A DNA stretch of 64,000 bases. Source: an uncultured bacterium. GTDB taxonomy: Bacteria > Eisenbacteria > RBG-16-71-46 > CAIMUX01 > WJJG01. Position 1 is the first letter of the stretch. The number at the start of each line of letters is the position of its first letter. Shown in pieces: positions 9,949-19,748 of the stretch. A program made the position numbers and the translations under genes. Below the pieces are notes generated by a model. The model was not told the DNA's origin, searched no databases, and saw only the letters and a list, made by a program, of their open reading frames with translations. The DNA lies in the NCBI GenBank assembly GCA_964603725.1, contig CAZRWW010000020.1:3291-67290 (forward strand), given 5' to 3'.

Positions 9949-10044
9949 GGCCCTGTCGTCTACTGCAGTACGGTAGCCTTGGAGGCTGCCGTGAGCACAG
10001 GGCCGGTCTCCCAGCCGTGCTGGGACCAGAGGAGGAGGTGGCGG

Positions 10045-13000
10045 ATGAATCGAACCGCGCTTGCGTCCCGCCTGGTGGTGGTGGCGCTGGCAGGCAGTCT
10101 CGGCGCGCTGGCCGCATCGGCGGCGTCGTGGCCGATGAAGCAGCGCGACGCTCAGAACACCGGCCGCGCGGATTACACCGTGCCGGTCGAGCGCCTGAAC
10201 GACAGTTTCTTCAACGTGTTTCGCTGGCAGAAACCCTCGCCCGCCTCGCCCAACGAGAGCGGCTTCGGCGCCAGCACGATGTCCTTCTTCGACGGCGCCG
10301 GCCCGGGCGGCCAGGACATCGTCGTGGGCACCTACCACTGGCCCAAGGGCCTCCAGGGCATGGACCGCCACACGGGCGCTGCTCTTTGGTCGGGCCTGCC
10401 CGCCGGGGGCGAGACGATCGGCAGGATCACGCCCGCCTTCTCGAACGACGGCGCGACGATCTACGTGGTCAACGACGCCACTCAGAGCGGGTCGTATCCG
10501 GGCGGCCATCCCCTCATGGCTTTCCTCACGAGCGCCGGTCCGAGCACATTCTGGCACAACGGCGACAACCCGGACCCCAGCCATCTGGAGATGTCGTCGC
10601 CCACCCTCGCCGCCGATGGCCGCATCTTCCTGCACGGCTGGGTCGATCGTCCCTATGCGGGCAGCGACGATGGATCGACCATCACCGAGGTCTGGGGCGC
10701 CGCCACGCCCGCCGAGTGCGGCCTGAGCGATCCGGCGCTCTACGAGGACGAGGACTCCCTGCGCGTGGTGATCGGCTCCCGCTGGGGCCTGATCTTCTGC
10801 TACGACGGCAACAGCGGTGCCGAGCTCTGGTCGGTCGCCGCGGGCGGGCTCGTCGACGCCAGCGCGACGATCGATCCCGACAACGGCAACATCTACGTGG
10901 GCGCCGGCGACAACGACATCTATGTCGTCGGGCTCGACCAGGAAGGCAACCCGCTCTGGACCGTTCCCGCGCTGCGCGTCCACGAGTACATCCCGGGAAC
11001 GAACAACCCGCAACGCGCGCAGGCGACCGGCGCCCTCAGCTTCGACGGCGCCACCTACTACTTCCAGACCAGCAGCGTCGAAGGCGATGGCCTCTTGTAC
11101 GCCATCAACACGTGGGACGGGTCGATCAAGTGGACTTTCCCGACCGGGAGCCAGGGATGGGAAATGGAATCCTCCTCACCGGTCGTGACCGAGAACGGCG
11201 TGATCGTGATCGGCAACAACCGGGGAGACACCTACTTCGCGATCCTCGATGAGGGCACGAGCTGCACGCTGCTCGACATCCTGAGCGTCAATCCCGACCA
11301 GTGGGGGACGGACCAGAGCCACGCCGTCTCCAGCGCGACCATCTCCCCCGAGGGCGATTTGTACCTGCCGCTGCGCACCTACTGGACCACCGGCAACGGC
11401 GACGGCGATGTCCCCACTGGCGAGGTCGCCAACGTCTACACCGCGATCGACCTGCGGCCCGACGCCGTCACCGTGCTCCCCGGCCCCCCCTGGCAAGCGG
11501 CCTATGCGCTCAACGGGGCGGTCCAGCTCGCCTGGCAGCCCGTGTTCGACCCCCAGGAGGTGTTCGACCACTACGCCGTCTATCGCGACACGCAGCCCTT
11601 CGCTTCCGTGGCCGGGATGATGCCGATCGGCGCGGTCTATGACCGCGAGCAGATCGAGTACCTGGACGACTCGGCCCAGAACGGCACGAGCTACTTCTAC
11701 GCCGTCACCAGCGTCACCAGCCAGGGCGGCGAGTTCACGGCGGTCCAGCCCATCGGCCCGCGGACCCCGTTCGACGAGACCGACCTGCAGGTAGTCTCGA
11801 TCGCCCGCACGCCGCGGTTCCCGCGCTACGATCCGCACTACACCCTGCTCGAGATCACCGAGCCGAGCGGCTTCGGACCCTACTACTGCTCGACGGCCAC
11901 CGGACTTGGCAGCGGACAGACCGGTGACACGCAGCGCTGGCCCCAGATCGGGGACCCGGTGACCTACATCGCCACCGTCCGCAACCGCGGCACCAACACC
12001 CTGTACGAGACGATCACGGCCGTCTGGAGCGTCGACGGCGTCCCGCAGGAGTTCCCGGGGCAGATGGCCTTCCTCGAGCCCAACGACACCTGCACCTTCG
12101 AGTTCATCCGCGCCTGGGACGGCCAGTCGCATGAGATCGCCTTCACCCTGGACATCACCGACGACCGCCCGGAGAACAACTCGCTCGCCATCGACACCAA
12201 GTCGGTCGCCTTCCTGAGCTACATCGATCGCACCCGGATGGAGGAGTTCCGCGAGGAGACCGTTCAGTATCCCTCGCCGGCCACCGACGACTTCATCGAC
12301 TGGCTCAATCTTCACATGACGCGGTTCAACGCCATGTTCGCCGACTCGGGCTGCGCCAAGCGCGTGCATTTCGACGTGCTCGCGGTGCTCGACGACCACG
12401 CGGACGATCCCGATGTCGAGCGCATCCTCTGGGCGATCTTCCCGTTCCGCTACTACCGCGGTGAGGGCAGCCTGCGCCTGTCGGGCTACTACGCCCCCGA
12501 CGATGACCTCGACTACGGGCTGCTCCATGAAATGGGTCACCAGCTCGGACTGATCGACATCTATCAGCTCGACATCCCCGCCGAATGCAATCTGGTCACC
12601 GGCACGGCTTACACGGCGACGGATTGTCTGATGCGGAACGTGGCCCACCACCTGTCGCGCCACAGCGCCAATGCGATGAATCACTGGCAGGACGTGGCCC
12701 ACGGCTACTACGGCCAGTACTTGTACAGCCTGCCGGAGTTCGTGCGGCTGCGTCTGGTGGGCCTGGGCGGCGCGCCCCTCGACAGCGCGCAGGTCACGGT
12801 ATACCAGATCGCCGAGCGTCCGGGCCTGGGCAAGGTCATCACGGACCAGATCAAGGCCCAGGGCGTGACCGACGCGCAGGGCGAATGGACCCTCCCCAAC
12901 GTGGATGTCGATCCGGCGCTCGTGCCGCCGACTTTCGCCGGGGACGAGCTGCGCGACAATCCGTTCGGCTATGTCCACGTCGTCGGGACCAACGGCGTGC

Positions 13001-13944
13001 TGCTGCTGAAGGTGGAGCAGGGCGGCTACACGGACTACGCCTGGCTCGACATCACCGAGGTGAACAACGCCTACTGGGCCGGCCAGACCGGCACGGCGGT
13101 CGTCACCCGGCGCCTGCGCCTGGGCGGCGAGGTCCAGTACACCCCGCCCGCGGAGCTGACGGAGCTCAACGCCGCAAGCTGGTATGGCGGGGCGGAGGGG
13201 GCCACGCTGACCGTGACCGACGACACCGGATTCAAGCAGGTGGGCGCGGGATCGATCCGCATCGACACCGACGGCGGCTTCGACACCTGGGCCGGCTACC
13301 CCGGCGATCGCCTGGCGCTGTGGGATCTCACTCGCAAGCTGGCCATCCGCCTGTGGGTCTACGCCGCGAACCAGCACACCTTCCAGGGCTCCAACCCCTG
13401 GATCCGGCTGCTGTGCCGGAACGGCCGCTACGAATACTGGCCGACCGACGACTTCCTGACCGGCGCCATCGGCCAATGGGTGGAGCTGGTCATCCCGCTG
13501 GCCGGCGACGCGACCTGGATCCGGAGCGAGCACGGGTCTCCCAGCCTGGAAGCGGTGACCGGGATCGAGATCCACGCCGACACATGGGACAACGGATTCA
13601 CGCTGTGGCTGGACGGCCTCATGTTCGAGGACGATCCGGCCGCCGTGGGCGACGATCCGTCGCGGCCGGTGACGCTGAGTCTGGCGCAGAACGCGCCCAA
13701 TCCCTTCTCGGGCGGCACGCGCATCGGCTTCAGGCTGCCGGCGCCTGGTCGGGTGGAGCTGCGCGTCTTCGACCCCGCGGGTCGCGTGATCCGGACGCTG
13801 CTGTCGCAGAGCCTGCCCGCGGGCGCGCACCAATGCGCCTGGGACGGGCGCGACCAGGCCGGGCAGCCGGTGGGGACCGGCGTCTACTTCGCTCGACTCG
13901 CGGCCGGGAATCGGACGCTCGAGCGCAAGCTGGTGGTGCAGTAG
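10045..13944 (+). CDS. Large secreted multidomain protein: PQQ-like beta-propeller, FN3/CARDB-like Ig domains, HExxH zinc metallopeptidase, CBM-like domain, FlgD-Ig tail
   Basis: Signal peptide, WPMKQRDAQNTGRA, propeller repeats, LLHEMGHQLGLID, and C-terminal LAQNAPNPF...GVYFARL. AGGAGGAGG RBS. Confidence 0.8.
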   Translation: MNRTALASRLVVVALAGSLGALAASAASWPMKQRDAQNTGRADYTVPVERLNDSFFNVFRWQKPSPASPNESGFGASTMSFFDGAGPGGQDIVVGTYHWPKGLQGMDRHTGAALWSGLPAGGETIGRITPAFSNDGATIYVVNDATQSGSYPGGHPLMAFLTSAGPSTFWHNGDNPDPSHLEMSSPTLAADGRIFLHGWVDRPYAGSDDGSTITEVWGAATPAECGLSDPALYEDEDSLRVVIGSRWGLIFCYDGNSGAELWSVAAGGLVDASATIDPDNGNIYVGAGDNDIYVVGLDQEGNPLWTVPALRVHEYIPGTNNPQRAQATGALSFDGATYYFQTSSVEGDGLLYAINTWDGSIKWTFPTGSQGWEMESSSPVVTENGVIVIGNNRGDTYFAILDEGTSCTLLDILSVNPDQWGTDQSHAVSSATISPEGDLYLPLRTYWTTGNGDGDVPTGEVANVYTAIDLRPDAVTVLPGPPWQAAYALNGAVQLAWQPVFDPQEVFDHYAVYRDTQPFASVAGMMPIGAVYDREQIEYLDDSAQNGTSYFYAVTSVTSQGGEFTAVQPIGPRTPFDETDLQVVSIARTPRFPRYDPHYTLLEITEPSGFGPYYCSTATGLGSGQTGDTQRWPQIGDPVTYIATVRNRGTNTLYETITAVWSVDGVPQEFPGQMAFLEPNDTCTFEFIRAWDGQSHEIAFTLDITDDRPENNSLAIDTKSVAFLSYIDRTRMEEFREETVQYPSPATDDFIDWLNLHMTRFNAMFADSGCAKRVHFDVLAVLDDHADDPDVERILWAIFPFRYYRGEGSLRLSGYYAPDDDLDYGLLHEMGHQLGLIDIYQLDIPAECNLVTGTAYTATDCLMRNVAHHLSRHSANAMNHWQDVAHGYYGQYLYSLPEFVRLRLVGLGGAPLDSAQVTVYQIAERPGLGKVITDQIKAQGVTDAQGEWTLPNVDVDPALVPPTFAGDELRDNPFGYVHVVGTNGVLLLKVEQGGYTDYAWLDITEVNNAYWAGQTGTAVVTRRLRLGGEVQYTPPAELTELNAASWYGGAEGATLTVTDDTGFKQVGAGSIRIDTDGGFDTWAGYPGDRLALWDLTRKLAIRLWVYAANQHTFQGSNPWIRLLCRNGRYEYWPTDDFLTGAIGQWVELVIPLAGDATWIRSEHGSPSLEAVTGIEIHADTWDNGFTLWLDGLMFEDDPAAVGDDPSRPVTLSLAQNAPNPFSGGTRIGFRLPAPGRVELRVFDPAGRVIRTLLSQSLPAGAHQCAWDGRDQAGQPVGTGVYFARLAAGNRTLERKLVVQ

Positions 13945-14166
13945 CCAGTGGCGTGAGGTCCCGTGGCGCCGTGGTTACAGGGTCCGGCTGCCCTGTGGCA
14001 CGTGGCGCCCTGGTATTAACGAGCCAGCCTGGAACGGCGTGGAACGGGCCCGTGCTCGCCGCGAGGTGGGCGCGGGCCCGCTGCATCCTGCCCCGGACTC
14101 CCGCCGTACATCCCGGCACGCCCCCTGCGACGGCGCGCCCCCGCGACGCCAGACTGGAGAGACCCC

Positions 14167-17010
14167 ATGGAGTTGCGCAATCCGGCGGGCCGGGAAGCGG
14201 CACGGCCGGCCGCCGGCTGTGCCCGGCTGGTTTTTCCGTGCCCTCGGCCGGCTGCTTGGTTTGCTCAGCCGGCGTCTCGGCCCCAGCCGCAGCCGTTTCC
14301 CCGAAGGAGCCTCTCGGTCATCATCCTGGCGAGCCTCCTCGCGGGCTCGCTGCCGGCGGTCCGGGCTGGCGGCTGGGCCTGGGCGGGCAACGAAGTGAAC
14401 CCGCGGCCCGCCGCGGGGCCTAGCCCGATTCCCGCCGATCGCATCGAGGCGATCCGGCTGCGCGAGCCGGTGCGGCTCGACGGCATCCTCGACGAGGCGA
14501 TCTGGCAGCGCCCCACGGCCGCGCCGCTGATCCAGAACGAGCCGGACAACGGCGTGCCGCCGCGCGTCACGACGGATTGGTGGGTCGCCTATGACGACGA
14601 CGCCATCTACGTGGCCGCGCGCCTGCACGACGCCGCGCCCGAGTCGATCATGTGCAATCTGGGCCGACGCGACACGTACCCCAACTCCGACTGGCTCTAC
14701 ATCAACTTCGACACCTTCAATGACGATCGCACGGGCTACACCTTCGCCCTCAGCCCCTCGGGCGTGCAGATCGACGGGGTGCTCTACAACGACGGCTGGG
14801 ATGACAACGCCTGGGACGGGGTCTGGGACTACGGTGTCAGGATCGATGAGCAGGGTTGGGCGGCCGAGATCCGCATTCCATTCTCGCAGCTCAACTTCCC
14901 GGACCGAGACGAGCAGGTCTGGGGCATGAACCTGAGCCGTCGCACGCGCCGCCACCGCGAGCGCGATGACGTGATCTTCCTCCCCCGCGGCGAGGCCGGC
15001 TACATCCGGCGCTTTCCCGATCTCGTCGGGATCTCCGGCATCAGGTCCCGCCGCCCCCTCGAGGCGCTCGCCTACGCCGCCGGCAAGGGCGAGTTCCTGA
15101 ACGTGGCCGCCGGCGACCCATTCCGCGATGGCTCGGACTTCTCCGGCAACGCGGGCGCCGATCTGAAGTACGCCCTGGCCAGCAATCTCATGCTCAACGC
15201 GACGTTCAATCCCGACTTCGGGCAGGTCGAGGTCGATCCCGCGGTGGTCAATCTGAGCGACTACGAGACGTTCTTCCCCGAGCGCCGGCCCTTCTTCGTC
15301 AAGGATGCCAGCATGTTCAACTACGCGGAGGAGGGCACCAACAGCAACTGGAACTTCAACTGGGGCGACCCGCAGCCGTTCTACAGCCGCCGCATCGGGC
15401 GTGCGCCTTCGCTCGGCCTGGGCGATCACGACTACGCGAATATCCCCAGCGCGACGACGATTCTGGGGGCCGGCAAGCTCAGCGGGACGATCGGAGCCAC
15501 GACCGTGGGCGTCCTGAGCGCCTTCACGTCGGAGGAGGAGGCCGAGCTGGACCTGGATGGACGGAGAAGCCGGCAGGTCGTCGAGCCCTTCGCCAACTAC
15601 TCTGTGGCGCGCCTGAAGCGCGCCAGCCGGGACGGCCGCCGCGGCCTGGGGATCATGACCACCGGCGTCTGGCGGGACTTGTCGGATGAGCACAGCCGCA
15701 CGGAGCTCACGCGCAGCGCCTTGAGCGGCGGAATCGATGGATGGACGAAGCTGGACGACGATGCCGTCTGGGCCTTGCGCGGCTACGCGAGTGCCAGCCA
15801 TGTGGCGGGTGAAGAGACGGTGATCGACGCCATCCAGCGCTCCTCGCGCCACTACTACAAGAGACCGGGCGCGGATCACCTCGACTACGATCCGGCGCGC
15901 ACGAGCCTCAGCGGATGGACCGGCCGCCTGATGCTCAACAAGGAGTCGGGGCGCGCGCGGCTCAACACCGCTCTGGGAACGACGTCGCCCGGCTATGAGA
16001 TCAACGATCTCGGATTCCAGGGGCGCGCCGATCTCGTCAACTGGCATCTGGCCACCGGCTGGCGCTGGCTGGACCCCGGCAGGACCTTCCAGTTCGCGTC
16101 GGTCGACGTGGCCGGGTATCGCTCTTGGGACTACGGCGGCAACCCGGACCAGATCGGCGCCGGGGTCTTCTACAACGCCACACTGACCAATTGGTGGGCC
16201 TTCTGGGGCAACATCTTCTACAACCCGGAGCATGCCGGCCTGCGCTACACGCGGGGCGGTCCCGCGGTCGTCTGCCCGGAGCGCGTGGAGGCGGAGGCCT
16301 ACCTCGACAGCGATGGCCGCAAGAATGTCTATGGTATGGTCGGCGGCGATGCCGCCACGGCCGACGACGGCTCGCGCAGCGCCAGCGGACAGGTGTTCCT
16401 GCGGGTCAATCCCCGCAGTTCGCTGGAGCTGAGCATCAATCCGCGGATCTCCTGGTCGCATGACCGCTGGCAGTGGGTCGCCAACGTCGACGATCCATTG
16501 ATGGCGGCCACGTCCGGCTTGCGGTGCGTCTTCGGAGAGCTGGACTACCGGACGCTCAGCTTGACGACGCGCGTCGACTGGACCTTCACCCCCAAGCTGA
16601 CGCTGCAGACCTACATCCAGCCCCTGCTAGCCGCGGGCGAGTACCGCGATCTGAAGGAGCTGGCGCGGCCGGCCAGCTTCGACTTCAGCCGCTACGGCGA
16701 GGATAACGGATCGACGATCGCTCCCTCTCCCGAGAGGGAGAATCACTATCGCATAGACCCCGACGGGGATGGGCCGGCACCCTACTTCGATCTCAGGAAC
16801 CCCGACTTCAACTTCAAGTCGCTCAAGGTGAACATGATCCTGCGCTGGGAGTACCGCCCCGGCTCGACGCTCTACTTCGTCTGGACCCAGAACCGCACGA
16901 ACCACGACGATCCGGGGGACTTCGACGTCCCCCGCGACGCCCGCTCGCTGTTCGATGCCCCCAGCGAGAACGTGTTCATGGTCAAGGCGACGTACTGGTT
17001 CGAGATCTGA
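14167..17010 (+). CDS. CBM9-like/DUF5916 outer-membrane protein
   Basis: LDGILDEAIW, WAAEIRIPFSQL, NATFNPDFGQVEVD, FFPERRPFF and C-terminal FMVKATYWF motifs. Confidence 0.85.
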   Translation: MELRNPAGREAARPAAGCARLVFPCPRPAAWFAQPASRPQPQPFPRRSLSVIILASLLAGSLPAVRAGGWAWAGNEVNPRPAAGPSPIPADRIEAIRLREPVRLDGILDEAIWQRPTAAPLIQNEPDNGVPPRVTTDWWVAYDDDAIYVAARLHDAAPESIMCNLGRRDTYPNSDWLYINFDTFNDDRTGYTFALSPSGVQIDGVLYNDGWDDNAWDGVWDYGVRIDEQGWAAEIRIPFSQLNFPDRDEQVWGMNLSRRTRRHRERDDVIFLPRGEAGYIRRFPDLVGISGIRSRRPLEALAYAAGKGEFLNVAAGDPFRDGSDFSGNAGADLKYALASNLMLNATFNPDFGQVEVDPAVVNLSDYETFFPERRPFFVKDASMFNYAEEGTNSNWNFNWGDPQPFYSRRIGRAPSLGLGDHDYANIPSATTILGAGKLSGTIGATTVGVLSAFTSEEEAELDLDGRRSRQVVEPFANYSVARLKRASRDGRRGLGIMTTGVWRDLSDEHSRTELTRSALSGGIDGWTKLDDDAVWALRGYASASHVAGEETVIDAIQRSSRHYYKRPGADHLDYDPARTSLSGWTGRLMLNKESGRARLNTALGTTSPGYEINDLGFQGRADLVNWHLATGWRWLDPGRTFQFASVDVAGYRSWDYGGNPDQIGAGVFYNATLTNWWAFWGNIFYNPEHAGLRYTRGGPAVVCPERVEAEAYLDSDGRKNVYGMVGGDAATADDGSRSASGQVFLRVNPRSSLELSINPRISWSHDRWQWVANVDDPLMAATSGLRCVFGELDYRTLSLTTRVDWTFTPKLTLQTYIQPLLAAGEYRDLKELARPASFDFSRYGEDNGSTIAPSPERENHYRIDPDGDGPAPYFDLRNPDFNFKSLKVNMILRWEYRPGSTLYFVWTQNRTNHDDPGDFDVPRDARSLFDAPSENVFMVKATYWFEI

Positions 17011-17121
17011 GCGGCCTCGAATTCCCGCGAACCGCGCCGCACCGCCTCATAGGCGCAGCGCGACGGCGGTCCCAGCAGCCGGCGCTCACGCTGGAACAGG
17101 CCGCGCCCGGGACGGCGCCGA

Positions 17122-18948
17122 TCATCGCACGAGCAACAGGCGCCCGCCCGCCGCCGCGCCGTCCGCGGTGCGCGCGTGAACGAGGTAGATCCCCCCGGGA
17201 CATGGGCGACCGACCGCATCACGGCCATTCCAGACGAACTCGCCCGCCCCGTACCCGAGCCGCCCCTCGAACAGCCGGACGATCTCGCGGCCGGCGGGAT
17301 CGTGCACTGTCAGCCGCGCCAGACTCGAACGCGCAAGATCCAGCGTGATGAGCGCCCGGTCGCACGTGACCTGCGGCGCGATCTTCAGACGCAGGCCGGC
17401 CGGGATGCTCGCGGCGGGCGCCGCGTCCGCGGGTCCGCTGACGATCGTGAAGCTGTAGCATCCCGCCGGCGCAGTGCGGGGCAACGTCTCGAAGCGGCCG
17501 GAGTGGTCGGCAGCCGCCAGGTAGTACTCGACCGTGGTGCCGGGCACCTGCCAAGGGATGACGGCGACGAAGGAATCGACGCCCGCCGACTCCAGCAGCG
17601 GCGCCCTGCCCCACTCTGGTTCGCCCGCCCGACGCCACCACAACGCCAGCTCTTCAGGAATCAGCCCGGCCTCGCTGCGGTCGTCGATCAGCGCGGCGAT
17701 GCGATAGTCTGGCGCGAGCGCAACCTCGGCCTCCATCCGCCGGTGCCAAATCCGCAGCATGTGGCGGTCGAAGATGCCTATCGTGCGGCAGTGCAAGGCG
17801 TCATAGTAGTACCAAGCGCCGCTGTAGACCCCGATCACCTCGTAGCCCGGCATGGCGTCTCGGTAAACCTGCAAGGCTGGGCCGTCCGACGCGATTCCGA
17901 ACAGCGGCACCAGCACCTTGCGGTTGAGGATGAGCGAGTTCGTATAGGCCGCCACCGAATTGCCCGAGTACGACCCGCTGAAGACGCGCACGATCCGATA
18001 GGGCCGCCCGTAGCAGTTCACCCTGGCACTGATCTGGTCGACCAGCCGCTCGATGCACGCATACTCGGGATGGCCGGGCACAACCTGTTTGACGATCACG
18101 GTCTCCTCGTCCAGGAGCTTGGCATAGCAGTCGATATGCTGGATGCCGTGGACCTCGGGGTCATCGAGGATGTGATAGTCCTGGATGCCCAGGTACTCAC
18201 GGGCCAGTTGCCGAGATTGCGCCTCGGTCCAGAGTGCCGCATTCTCGTTCACCATCCTGCGGGTAGAGAATGCGATGCCGTGTCCGTCGCACATGATGTT
18301 GCCGCCCGTGCAGTAGGCCGGCATCTCGTGGAGCGGGCAGCCGAACTCGGCGGCGAGCACCGCGTTGACCGCATCATCCTCCTCATAGCCACGCAATCCC
18401 GATCGCGCCGAGGCCACCGCTGGCAGTGGTCCGGCGCCAGGCTCGAGGAAGCAACCTGACACCCACGGGTAGCCATTGAAGATGGGGTCGGTGATTCCGT
18501 ACACCCCTTGACCGTCAAAGACGCTGTGCGGGCCCCAATCGCGTGTCCAGTGGGAGTAAGTGTTGGCGCGAATGAACCGCACGTGGTTCAGATTGACCCC
18601 GTAGGACGCGAACGTCGCGCGCGCCTGGCTCTCCTGGCCCGCGGTCTCGACCAGCACATAGACGCTGTCATCCTCGGCCAGCTCGGCCACCAGCGCTCCG
18701 GGAATCCCCAGCGGCCAGCGGATGAGCGTGCCGAAGGCCGGCTCCCACTCGGCGCACATCCGTACGGGCTGAATCGGGCCTTGGGCCGCGCCGGTCGGAG
18801 GAGACGGCAGCGCCTGCAGGGCCAGCAGAGCCAAGACAGCCAGCCGGGCCAAGGTCGTCCCTTCCCCGCCCGGCGCCGCGGGCCGAGCCGCGCCCGGCCG
18901 GGCTACCCCCGCCCTGCGGCACCGAATCACACTCTCGAAAAGCTTCAT
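17122..18948 (-). CDS. Secreted agmatine/peptidylarginine deiminase (PPAD family) with FlgD-Ig tail
   Basis: MCAEWEP, WTRDWGP, GGN, HIDC and ALHC catalytic motifs; C-terminal WNGRDAVG...GIYL. Confidence 0.9.
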   Translation of the reverse strand: MKLFESVIRCRRAGVARPGAARPAAPGGEGTTLARLAVLALLALQALPSPPTGAAQGPIQPVRMCAEWEPAFGTLIRWPLGIPGALVAELAEDDSVYVLVETAGQESQARATFASYGVNLNHVRFIRANTYSHWTRDWGPHSVFDGQGVYGITDPIFNGYPWVSGCFLEPGAGPLPAVASARSGLRGYEEDDAVNAVLAAEFGCPLHEMPAYCTGGNIMCDGHGIAFSTRRMVNENAALWTEAQSRQLAREYLGIQDYHILDDPEVHGIQHIDCYAKLLDEETVIVKQVVPGHPEYACIERLVDQISARVNCYGRPYRIVRVFSGSYSGNSVAAYTNSLILNRKVLVPLFGIASDGPALQVYRDAMPGYEVIGVYSGAWYYYDALHCRTIGIFDRHMLRIWHRRMEAEVALAPDYRIAALIDDRSEAGLIPEELALWWRRAGEPEWGRAPLLESAGVDSFVAVIPWQVPGTTVEYYLAAADHSGRFETLPRTAPAGCYSFTIVSGPADAAPAASIPAGLRLKIAPQVTCDRALITLDLARSSLARLTVHDPAGREIVRLFEGRLGYGAGEFVWNGRDAVGRPCPGGIYLVHARTADGAAAGGRLLLVR

Positions 18949-19194
18949 GCGTCGCTCCCGTACGAGCCGCCCGAGCGTAAGAGTCGCCCGAGCGCGGCAT
19001 GCGTGGAGAAGGCGAAGCCGGGGGCTTTCCGGCACAGGGCAGCGCGCCTGTCTCGCGTGTCGACAAGTATACCGCATTCGCTCGCCATAGGACACGGAGC
19101 CAGCGCGCGATCCGGATTTCCCGCGTGCCCCGCCGGCAACCCCGAGGATAGAATCCCCCCGCGGGCCATGCGCCCGGAGGCGCGACGTCCGCGG

Positions 19195-19266
19195 CCCAAA
19201 CGGCTTCGCCTGATTCTGCACTATGTGTGAGCCAAAGTGACGGAGGGTCCGCGGAACACATGAAAG
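19195..19266 (-). repeat. Copy 1 of a ~72-bp inverted repeat (partner at 23420-23491)
   Basis: Reverse complement reads GCGGACCCTCCGTCACTTTGGCTCACACATAGTGCAGAATCAGGCGAAGCCGTTTGGG, with 6 mismatches to copy 2 over this 58-bp core. Confidence 0.92.
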
Positions 19267-19730
19267 ATGCGCTCGACCTTGTTGTCGTTCGGGCAATATG
19301 GCGGCAGGAACTGCTGACTGATCTTGGGCAAGTTGCGCATCGCGGCCTGCACCACCAAGCTCTTGTGGATGAGGTAGTTGTCAAGGATCACCTGGATCCG
19401 GGTCGCCCAGCTGTAGGCCGAGCACAGGGCGCGCAACAAGTTCAGGAACAGCCAGCTGACCTTACGGTCGCCGGTGACGTAGACGAAGCGATTGCGGAGC
19501 GGGTCGTAGGCGCCAGCGATGTGGTGCTTGCGGTTCTGGCCAGGCGTCAGGACATGGCGGCGATGACCTGTGAGCATCCAGTCGCGGCCGATGCGCGGGT
19601 TCAGGTGGATGTCGACCTCGTCGGCGAAGACCACCACGGCGCGCGGTCCGGGTCGCCGCGCCAGGCGCCGGAGATAGGCCAGGCGCCGCTCGCGCAGGGC
19701 CGCTTTCCAAGGGCATCCGACGACGGGGCG
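19221..19730 (-). mobile_element. IS630-family transposase remnant (DDE region only)
   Basis: PRPVVG...VVFADEVDIHLNP...VILDNYLIHKS...FLPPYCPNDNKVER. The N-terminal HTH is missing and the C-terminus is replaced by the repeat. Confidence 0.88.
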
Positions 19731-19748
19731 GGGGTCGCCCGCCGAACG

